Shown here: positions 56,776-64,000 of the stretch, one piece after another | Position numbering within the stretch: the first letter of the stretch is position 1 | Layout: the number at the start of each line of letters is the position of its first letter | NCBI GenBank assembly: GCA_965242865.1 | Contig: CBDETK010000013.1 | Coordinates: 3,616,001-3,680,000, forward strand | Direction: 5' to 3' | Source: Candidatus Latescibacterota bacterium | GTDB taxonomy: Bacteria > Latescibacterota > UBA2968 > UBA8231 | DNA length: 64,000 nt | The notes under the pieces: generated by a model | Seen by the model: only the letters and a program-made list of their open reading frames with translations | What the model was told of the DNA's origin: nothing | The model's database searches: none | Position numbers and translations under genes: made by a program

Positions 56776-57828
56776 TTACAGCAGCTCCTCATTTACCTCG
56801 ACGCCAAAGCCCGAGCCTTCGGGCAGTACTAAGTGCCCCTCCCGTGGTTGCGGCTCCCCTGACCACAGCTCGTCGCGCACCGCACCGCGCCGGCCCATGA
56901 CCACTTCGGCCAAATTGTCGCCGTAGCCGGCCGCCAAAAGGTGCAACCCCCAAATCTCGCCGCCGCGGTGCGGCACCAAGGGGACGCCGTGTGCTTGAGC
57001 GAGCTCGGCAATGCGGAGGGCCGCCGTTAAACCGCCGCACCAAGTGACGTCCGGTTGCCACAAGTCCAGTGCCCGCACCTTGGCGATATGACCGAAATCT
57101 CGCACGGTGAATTCGTGTTCGCCGCCCGCTAGCAAAATGGGTTGAAGCTGCGGCCGCAACGCCGCCAAGCCATCCAAGTCGTCGGGCAACAGCACGTCTT
57201 CAAACCAATAGATGTTGAACGGCGCGAGTTGCCGCGCTACGGCCAAGGCAAAGTCGGGCGACCACGACATGTAAGCGTCGATCATCAAGAGCGCGTCTTC
57301 GCCCAAGGTCTGACGCGCTCCTCGGGCCCACTCAAGTATGCCTGCCGCGTCTTCCGCTTGGCTCGCTCTCCGCGTCTGCGAAGCCTTGTGGGCGTCAAAA
57401 CCCAAGTCGCGATACCAAGCACAATCCGGGCCTGTGGCGTAGGCCCGCACCTCGTCTCGCTGCGGTCCCCCCAGCAAGTCGCAGACGGATTTCCCTTCTG
57501 CCCGGCCCAAGACATCCCACAGGGCCAAATCCACGCCGCTGATGGCCATGACGGCGACCCCGCTGCGACCGTAGGGCAAACTGGCCTTGTACTGGTCGTC
57601 CCAGAGCTGGGCGACATCTTCAATGCTGTTGACGCTGCGCCCCACCAGCAACTCGCGCAGGTGGCGGTTGATCACCGCTGCGGCCGCAATCCCGCCGCCA
57701 CCCGCTCCCCAGCCGCTAACGCCGACATCCGTGTCTATGCGCACGACCATCTGCCAGAAGTGTCGGCGCCAAGCAGCGGGCGCGACGCGATAGCGGGGAT
57801 ACACGGACCGCACCTCGGTTATTTTCAT
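56776..57828 (-). CDS. Mandelate racemase/enolase-superfamily dehydratase (rhamnonate dehydratase-like)
   Basis: AISGVDLALWD, LMIDAYM, WFED, GGEHEFT, QPDVTWCGGLT. Confidence 0.88.
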   Translation of the reverse strand: MKITEVRSVYPRYRVAPAAWRRHFWQMVVRIDTDVGVSGWGAGGGGIAAAAVINRHLRELLVGRSVNSIEDVAQLWDDQYKASLPYGRSGVAVMAISGVDLALWDVLGRAEGKSVCDLLGGPQRDEVRAYATGPDCAWYRDLGFDAHKASQTRRASQAEDAAGILEWARGARQTLGEDALLMIDAYMSWSPDFALAVARQLAPFNIYWFEDVLLPDDLDGLAALRPQLQPILLAGGEHEFTVRDFGHIAKVRALDLWQPDVTWCGGLTAALRIAELAQAHGVPLVPHRGGEIWGLHLLAAGYGDNLAEVVMGRRGAVRDELWSGEPQPREGHLVLPEGSGFGVEVNEELL

Positions 57829-57952
57829 GCGTAAACCCTTGTGTACATTTTGTTTTTGTCGCCTTCCATTTTGGAAATAATCCGCTTCGTATCGTATTAT
57901 TTACATATACCAAACACCTTGTATTCTTGTACCCCCATTATAGGAGCAGCCC

Positions 57953-59161
57953 ATGTCCTTAGGACGCAACCTAAAAGAGCTGCGACAGAAACAATCGCTC
58001 AATCAGAAAGACCTCTCAGACCGCTCCGGCGTCTCCCAAGCCACCATCTCCCGCATTGAAACGGGCCGAGTGCAACCGGGTTCGTCTGCTATAAAAAGTT
58101 TAGCCGATGCCCTCTGCGTTTCGACCGACTCCCTAATGGACGACAAGGGGCACTTAGCCCAAGTCCACAAAGACCGTTTGCATCAAATCGCCGAGACCCT
58201 TAACGCCCTCGTCATCCACGAAAGCGGACAGTTGCTCTTCATCAGCCAGACCTTGGCCGACCTGCTGGGTTATCGCGGAGAAGAATTGCTCGCCAAAGAC
58301 AGCATTGAGCTAATGTTCGCTCCTCAGTCTCGGCTCACAGCTCGGCATATTGTTGCTAGCGGCTCGTCCACGGCCTACGAAGTGCTCATGGTGTGCAGGG
58401 ACGGCAACCTTCTTCCCGCTGAGATCAACAACGTCAACATCAGCGAAAAAGTGCGCTTGGTCACTGTGCGCGACATGACCGATCACTGCTGTCAGCAAGG
58501 GGCCTTCCGCGTCTTGCAGGCTGGTTGCGAAGCGGAAAAGGTGCGCGATCTAGACAAGGTCGTGCGCATTCTGGGCGACGAGCTAGAGGCTATGGGCATC
58601 CAATTCGAGGCGGTTGACCTACAGGTCATTGACGAACAAAGGAACCTCTTGGCTTGCTATCGAGCCTATTCCGAAGCACGGGGCTACCACTCCTTACAGA
58701 ACGTGGTACATCTCCGAGAATCGCTCGGGCACTTTGCTTCTCTACGGAGGTTGCTTAGCCACTGGCACCGCCGAAAGGTCTGGGAGCGCAAGGCCGACGA
58801 GGACTTTCAACAGGCGACCCAAGAAATTTTCTCGGACTCGATGTATCGCCCCGGACTGCTGATTGACGTGCCCTTTACCCAGGGCATGCTAGGTTTGGGG
58901 CTACCCATGGGATTACCTAGGCTCCCCAAACAGCTAGCGACCATATTGGACGTGTTCGCCCGCTCTATCTCTTTAGTTGTTAAGCAGCTATTTGAGCTTC
59001 AATCGCTACGCGAAAAGCTGGACTCTTTTCCCATCAGCCCTACGGCTCCTGCCCCAACAGCAGACCTAAAAGCACTTGTCGTTGCTCCCTCTAAAGCTAT
59101 GACCGTGCTTCCTCAGGGAGAACTTTCCGCTGGCCGGAGGGCAGCGGAGGGGCCTCCTTGA
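57953..59161 (+). CDS. XRE-family HTH regulator with PAS domain
   Basis: LKELR...LNQKDL...SGVSQATISRIETG; PAS-like segment LLGYRGEELL...RDG..LPAE...VRDMT. Confidence 0.8.
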   Translation: MSLGRNLKELRQKQSLNQKDLSDRSGVSQATISRIETGRVQPGSSAIKSLADALCVSTDSLMDDKGHLAQVHKDRLHQIAETLNALVIHESGQLLFISQTLADLLGYRGEELLAKDSIELMFAPQSRLTARHIVASGSSTAYEVLMVCRDGNLLPAEINNVNISEKVRLVTVRDMTDHCCQQGAFRVLQAGCEAEKVRDLDKVVRILGDELEAMGIQFEAVDLQVIDEQRNLLACYRAYSEARGYHSLQNVVHLRESLGHFASLRRLLSHWHRRKVWERKADEDFQQATQEIFSDSMYRPGLLIDVPFTQGMLGLGLPMGLPRLPKQLATILDVFARSISLVVKQLFELQSLREKLDSFPISPTAPAPTADLKALVVAPSKAMTVLPQGELSAGRRAAEGPP

Positions 59162-59183
59162 TGTGGGGGCGATCCTTTTTCCC

Positions 59184-60506
59184 CTACGGCTCAAGCGTCT
59201 GGTGCGCTTTGCGCTGCAACTCCTCTACCACCTGTTCGATGTCCCCGCCTTCAATCGCCTCTACCATCGCCTCTTGAATTAACCGCCGCACTTGTTCATA
59301 TCCTGCCATGGTCGGCTCTGATTTTCCGTATTCCAACATTCCAAACGCCACTCCATAATGCGGGTTTTCCTCAAAGTAGCTCTCCAACTCCCGCGCAGTA
59401 CTCTTGCGCACTGGAAAGTAGTTGCTTGCCCGCACCCACCGCGCCTGTTGCTCCGGCGCAGTAAACCACTTGAGGAAAAGCCAAGCCGCTAGCTGTTTTT
59501 CGGGCGTACCAGCGCAGATTGACACGCTGGCCCCATACACGTCAACGACCGGCCTCGGTCCAGTCTGCGGCGGATGGGTTACTCCCCACTCAAAGACCAG
59601 CCCAGAGTCCTCAATGCCGCTCTTGTAAAAGGGTAGCCCAGAGGAAGAAGCCTGAGAGAAGAGGATCTGACCGGTGACAAAGTCGTTTAGATCGGCATCC
59701 TGTTCGCCGGTGATGTCTAGCGCGCCGTCCTGCGCTAACTCCTGTATCAGCTCTAACACCGCTTTAACTTCTGGCGAATCCAGCGCATACGTGGTGCCGG
59801 TCGCATCGACTAGGTCGCCGCCGCGACTGAAGACCATCGCGGCGAATCGGCTGGCGTCAACATCCAACAAAAAACCCAAACTGCGGGCTGGGTCTTCGTT
59901 TTTGCTAAAGGCTTGCTCTTTGGCCAAGCGGCACATCGCGGCAAAATCGTCCCAAGTCGCAGGTGGCCCGTCGTAGCCCAACTCGCGCAACCAATCAAAA
60001 TTGTAGTAGAGCAACTCCATCGAGCGATTCGGCGGGAAGCCTATCTGCACTCCGCCGACCTTGTCCTGCTCCAGAAACGCCTCGACGTAGTCGCCGCGCT
60101 CTTCTGGCGACAATCCCCATTGGGGCGAATCCATATAGGGCGTGATATCCACTATGCCATCGGCTTGGTAGTAAGCCAAGGCTTGGTTTTGGTAGGCTAC
60201 GACCAAGTTGGCGGCCAGCGAACCGCTCTGGATACCCACGTTCATCTTGTTGTAGATGTCCCCATAGCGACCCACGTACTCGCCGCGGACCTCAATCCCA
60301 TAGCGGTTCGTCTGGTTAAAGTCGGCAATTAGGGCTTGCAGGGCCTCTTCGCGCTCGCGGGTGTGTTGATACCAAAAGACGATCTCCTGTCCTTGCGGGT
60401 CGAGGCCTTCGACACTGGTCTGCTGCTCGTAAACGACCTCTTGCGAGCCGCCACAGGCCCCCAGCAAGGCACACCAAACCACCGTCATCGCACTGCTCGG
60501 TTTCAT
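59184..60506 (-). CDS. Carbohydrate ABC transporter substrate-binding lipoprotein
   Basis: Lipobox LGAC; LYYN, PPATWDD, AAWLFLKW. Confidence 0.9.
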   Translation of the reverse strand: MKPSSAMTVVWCALLGACGGSQEVVYEQQTSVEGLDPQGQEIVFWYQHTREREEALQALIADFNQTNRYGIEVRGEYVGRYGDIYNKMNVGIQSGSLAANLVVAYQNQALAYYQADGIVDITPYMDSPQWGLSPEERGDYVEAFLEQDKVGGVQIGFPPNRSMELLYYNFDWLRELGYDGPPATWDDFAAMCRLAKEQAFSKNEDPARSLGFLLDVDASRFAAMVFSRGGDLVDATGTTYALDSPEVKAVLELIQELAQDGALDITGEQDADLNDFVTGQILFSQASSSGLPFYKSGIEDSGLVFEWGVTHPPQTGPRPVVDVYGASVSICAGTPEKQLAAWLFLKWFTAPEQQARWVRASNYFPVRKSTARELESYFEENPHYGVAFGMLEYGKSEPTMAGYEQVRRLIQEAMVEAIEGGDIEQVVEELQRKAHQTLEP

Positions 60507-60529
60507 CGCTATCCTTTATCCTCGCTTTA

Positions 60530-61363
60530 TCACTTGAACCCAGATATGGAAATGCCTTCCGTGAATTCGCGCTGAATGAGAAAATACGCCAAGAGCACGG
60601 GAGCGGTCGCAATGACGGCCCCGGCCATTTGTAGGTGTACCTCGGTCCCGGCCTCACTGGCAAACTGCTGCAAACCCACTGCGATCGGCCGCCAATCGGG
60701 CGTGTTGGTCACGAGTAAAGGCCAAGCCAAGGCGTTCCAAGAACCAATATAGGTAAACATGCCGACCGTCAAGAGCGGTGCCCGACACAGGGGGACCGCG
60801 ATCTGAAACAGAAAGCGCACGTGACCGGCTCCCTCAATCCGGGCCGCATCCCACAGCTCGTTGGGCAGGCCACGCATAAATTGACGCAAAAGAAAAATGC
60901 TAAAAGCACTAGCCATAAAGGGAATGGTCAAGGCCGGCCAGCTATTGAGCCAAGCAAACGGCGTATTGTGGTGCAGCCAAGTCACGACGAGAAAATTCGG
61001 CACGATGGTCACGGCTTCGGGGATCATCAGAGTAGCCAAGACGCCGGTAAAGACCGCATCTCGTCCACGGAACTGCATCCGCGCCAGCGGGTAGGCCGCC
61101 ATAAGCGAGAACAGCAGCGTCCCGCTGACTTGGAGGACGGCGATGATCAGCGAGTTCTCAAAGTAGAGACCAAAATCCGCCTCTTGCCAAGCTGTGATAT
61201 AATTGTCCCATTGTACGCGCTCAGGCAGCAAGGCCCGCCGCAGGGATTCCCCGCGGCTCATAAAAGAGGCCAAAAGCATCCATGCGAACGGAAAGCTCGC
61301 GGCCAGCCCCCCCAAGCTCAAGCCGCAGTAAATCAGCCCCGCTTTGCCACCCCTAGCTGCCAT
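60530..61363 (-). CDS. Carbohydrate ABC transporter permease
   Basis: FLLRQF...P.EL.DAARIEGA (EAA loop). Confidence 0.92.
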   Translation of the reverse strand: MAARGGKAGLIYCGLSLGGLAASFPFAWMLLASFMSRGESLRRALLPERVQWDNYITAWQEADFGLYFENSLIIAVLQVSGTLLFSLMAAYPLARMQFRGRDAVFTGVLATLMIPEAVTIVPNFLVVTWLHHNTPFAWLNSWPALTIPFMASAFSIFLLRQFMRGLPNELWDAARIEGAGHVRFLFQIAVPLCRAPLLTVGMFTYIGSWNALAWPLLVTNTPDWRPIAVGLQQFASEAGTEVHLQMAGAVIATAPVLLAYFLIQREFTEGISISGFK

Positions 61364-62492
61364 AAAACACCCGCCTGCCGAGTGCCCGGTTTTGCAGCAG
61401 CGTCAGTGCCAAAATCGCGACGAAGAGCACAAAAGACATTGCCGAGGCATAGCCTGCGTTGTGGTACTCAAAAACTTGGTCGAAAATGGCAATACTGAGC
61501 ACATCGACCGAGTCGCGGGCCCCCGGGGTCCGCATGATGTAAACGTGGTTAAAGGCTTTGAAGGTCCCAATGACGGCCACCATCGACAAAAAGAACAGGG
61601 TTGGTGAGACCAAGGGCAGGGTAATGTGGCGAAATACTTGCCACTCGCCCGCACCGTCTATCTCGGCGGCCTCATAGTATTGATTGGGGATAGCACTGAG
61701 GCCGGCCAGCAAAATCACCGTGTCGTAGCCGATATAGACCCAAATGTTGTATAGGATGATTGAGGTCAGGGCTAGGCTCGGGAAGACGCTGTCCACCCAC
61801 GCGGGGTAAGAATCAAAACCAACCCCTTGTAGCAGCAGGGCTACGACGGACTTGCTCTCGTAGAGCCAGCGCTGACTCTCCAGCCCCCAAAAGCCCCAGA
61901 AGCGGTTGGCCAGCGAGGAAGGGTGAGGACTAAAGATGGTGCGGAAAACCACGGCTGAGGCGATGATCGGCGTGACATAAGGCAGAAAGAACAGCGTGCG
62001 AAACGCACCCCTAGCCCGGGCGATCTTGAAGAGCAAATACGCCAGCCCGGTGGCCAAGCTCAGCTGGCACGGGATCGTCCCAACCGCGTAGAAAAACGTG
62101 ACCTTGAAGCCGTTGTACAGCACGGGATCGCCGGTTTCGACGAGGCCACCCAAGCCCTGAACCCCCCCCAACCAAAGCCCCGACAGTGCGACTACGCCCC
62201 AAGCGATGCAGACGTAACGGGGACGCAGACCGCGCTTGGATAACGTGGCGCGGAGGCGATAGGCCGCGCAGACGAGGCCCATCCCGGCGATGAAGGCCAA
62301 CAGCTGCTGCGGGTCGCCCAAGGCGCGGACATAGTGGTCGAACCCAACCACCGCTTCCTTCCTTATTCGCCACTTGTGCAGGCTGACGTACAAGGCATAG
62401 CCAATAGGGAAAATTCCAAACGCGCCTAGCAGGACCAAGGCCGGCGCAAGGAGGCCCCAAGCAGTCTGTTGTTCTCGGATGCGGGTACTCAT
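61353..62492 (-). CDS. Carbohydrate ABC transporter permease
   Basis: LAGLSAIP..YYEAAEIDGA...FRHITLP. Confidence 0.92.
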   Translation of the reverse strand: MSTRIREQQTAWGLLAPALVLLGAFGIFPIGYALYVSLHKWRIRKEAVVGFDHYVRALGDPQQLLAFIAGMGLVCAAYRLRATLSKRGLRPRYVCIAWGVVALSGLWLGGVQGLGGLVETGDPVLYNGFKVTFFYAVGTIPCQLSLATGLAYLLFKIARARGAFRTLFFLPYVTPIIASAVVFRTIFSPHPSSLANRFWGFWGLESQRWLYESKSVVALLLQGVGFDSYPAWVDSVFPSLALTSIILYNIWVYIGYDTVILLAGLSAIPNQYYEAAEIDGAGEWQVFRHITLPLVSPTLFFLSMVAVIGTFKAFNHVYIMRTPGARDSVDVLSIAIFDQVFEYHNAGYASAMSFVLFVAILALTLLQNRALGRRVFYGS

Positions 62493-62571
62493 CGGCGTGA
62501 GAGAATGCGGAGACGGGAGACTAAATGCGCGGAGAATGCGGCCTCGCCCCGGTTATCGACGGGATCTAGCC

Positions 62572-62609
62572 AAAAGAAGAAGGCTCCTGAAAGGAACGCT
62601 TCAGGAGCC
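62572..62609 (-). terminator. Intrinsic terminator after tRNA cluster
   Basis: ggctcctgaa/ttcaggagcc 10-bp stem with U-rich tail on the minus strand. Confidence 0.8.
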
Positions 62610-62614
62610 GATAT

Positions 62615-62690
62615 TGGCTGCCCCCCTAGGGCTCGAACCTAGAACCTCCTGATCCAGAGTCAGGCGCACTTCCAATTGTGCTAGAGGGCA
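62615..62690 (-). tRNA. tRNA-Gln(CTG)
   Basis: Cloverleaf TGCCCTC...CTGAC-T-CTG-GA-TCAG...GGTTCGAGCC...GCCA. Confidence 0.95.
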
Positions 62691-62702
62691 ACTAGGGGAA
62701 AT

Positions 62703-62796
<94 letters not shown>

Positions 62797-62869
62797 GAAA
62801 CTCAAAAATAAACTTTTGACGTGCTCCCACCGCTAAAAGGGATGGGGTTGGGGCGGCATCAAATGTAAC

Positions 62870-62956
62870 TGGCGGAGGGTGAGGGACTCGAACCCTCAAG
62901 GGCGTAAGCCCGGCGGTTTTCAAGACCGCTGCCTTACCAATTAGGTCTAACCCTCC
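62870..62956 (-). tRNA. tRNA-Ser(TGA)
   Basis: GGAGGGT...CT-TGA-AA, long variable arm, GGTTCGAGTCC, GCCA end. Confidence 0.93.
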
Positions 62957-62999
62957 TTTTCGCGGCAAGGAAAAAATATACAGGAGGCACCATCTCAGG

Positions 63000-64000
63000 T
63001 CAACCCGAGGGCTTCCCATCGGCCTCGCCATCTTCCCAGCTATTCTCTTCCTCGCTACAGGGCAGTGGGGCCATGTCGATAACTCGGTCGCCCTCGTCCA
63101 GATTGATCACCCGAACTCCTTGGGTATTGCGCCCGATGGGGGGTAACCCTTGTACGGGAATGCGAATCATAATACCGTTCTGGGTTACCACCATGACCTC
63201 CTCTTCGGCTTCGATCTCCCTACAGGCCACTACGTGGCCGTTGCGTGGGGTGGTCTTGATGTCGATGACGCCTTGGCCATCGCGATGCTTGCTGGGGTAC
63301 TCGGCTTGGCTGGTGCGCTTGCCATAGCCATTTTCGCAGATGGTCAACAAAGTGCTGCTTTCGCGCACTACGACCATGTCCACAACTTCGTCCTCTTCTC
63401 CTAGGCGCAAGCTAATGCCCTTAACGCCCGTAGAAACCCGGCCCATAGAGCGGACTTCGCTTTCGCTAAAGCGCATGGCTCGGCCGTTGCGCGTCAACAG
63501 GGCAATATCCTGCTGTCCGTCGGTGATGGCCGCCCCAATCAGGTCGTCGTCGTCTTGGATCTTCAGGGCGATGATCCCGTCGCGGCGGATGTTCTGGTAG
63601 GCCGAGAGCTTGGTCTTCTTGACAATGCCGTTGCGCGTAGCCGTGAACAAGAACCGCTCGTCGGAAAACTCTTGAACTGGTACGATGGCGCATATCTGGT
63701 CGTCTGGGTCAAGCGGCAGCAGGTTGGCTATTGACCGCCCTTGAGCCGTGCGGTCACCTTCGGGTATGCGAAAGACCTTGAGCCAATAACATTTGCCCTT
63801 GGCAGTCAGGAACATGATATAGGAATGGGTCGAAGCCACGAAGAGGTGTTCGACAAAGTCCTCTTCCTTGGTCTTCATACCGGTCACCCCGCGCCCGCCG
63901 CGATTCTGTACTCGATAGGCCCTAGGGGACAGGCGCTTGATATAGCCATTGCGCGAGATGGTGACGACCATGTCCTCTTCGGCAATCAAGTCCTCAATGT
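63000..64000 (-). CDS. gyrA: DNA gyrase subunit A, C-terminal part (partial)
   Basis: GyrA-box QNRGGRG; beta-pinwheel repeats; GRNTQGVRVI. Confidence 0.95.
   Translation of the reverse strand, partial: IEDLIAEEDMVVTISRNGYIKRLSPRAYRVQNRGGRGVTGMKTKEEDFVEHLFVASTHSYIMFLTAKGKCYWLKVFRIPEGDRTAQGRSIANLLPLDPDDQICAIVPVQEFSDERFLFTATRNGIVKKTKLSAYQNIRRDGIIALKIQDDDDLIGAAITDGQQDIALLTRNGRAMRFSESEVRSMGRVSTGVKGISLRLGEEDEVVDMVVVRESSTLLTICENGYGKRTSQAEYPSKHRDGQGVIDIKTTPRNGHVVACREIEAEEEVMVVTQNGIMIRIPVQGLPPIGRNTQGVRVINLDEGDRVIDMAPLPCSEEENSWEDGEADGKPSG

Noticed and set aside
62870-62956. Selenocysteine or suppressor tRNA
   Set aside because: The anticodon is TGA (reads UCA, Ser), not TCA, and the acceptor stem is a normal 7 bp.

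Overview
This 64 kb bacterial window has a mostly GC-rich backbone. The secreted proteins with C-terminal T9SS/FlgD-Ig tails, the sulfatases, the PQQ dehydrogenase-ankyrin fusions and an LRR/YWTD lipoprotein suggest an FCB-group organism such as Latescibacterota, possibly host-associated (inference only). Two accessory loci stand out. (1) 5917-14095 is a tightly coupled 7-gene operon: IscS/DndA cysteine desulfurase, DndC-type sulfurtransferase, DUF262+DUF1524 (SspE/GmrSD-like) nuclease, stand-alone SNF2 ATPase, ParB-like protein, ParB-HTH-only protein and a beta-CASP metallo-nuclease. It lacks dndB/D/E, dndFGH and sspB/C, so it is a candidate new type of DNA phosphorothioation/defence system. 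(2) 20383-31746 is an AT-rich lasso peptide cluster: B1, B2, C and two Cys-containing precursors, one missing from the ORF track. Its tailoring genes are unusual: a deiodinase-like CxxC protein, a degenerate nucleotidyltransferase, a beta-propeller protein and a eukaryote-type PRMT-like methyltransferase, followed by two ABC exporters. This cluster lies in a ~14 kb block that replaced the middle gene of a tandem PQQ-ankyrin triplet. The window also has two IS982-like copies with TAGTA target duplications, adjacent MITEs, several internally deleted pseudogenes, housekeeping genes (fabV, SCO/PCuAC, amidase, sugar ABC transporter, gyrA 3' end) and three tRNAs. No CRISPR array was seen.
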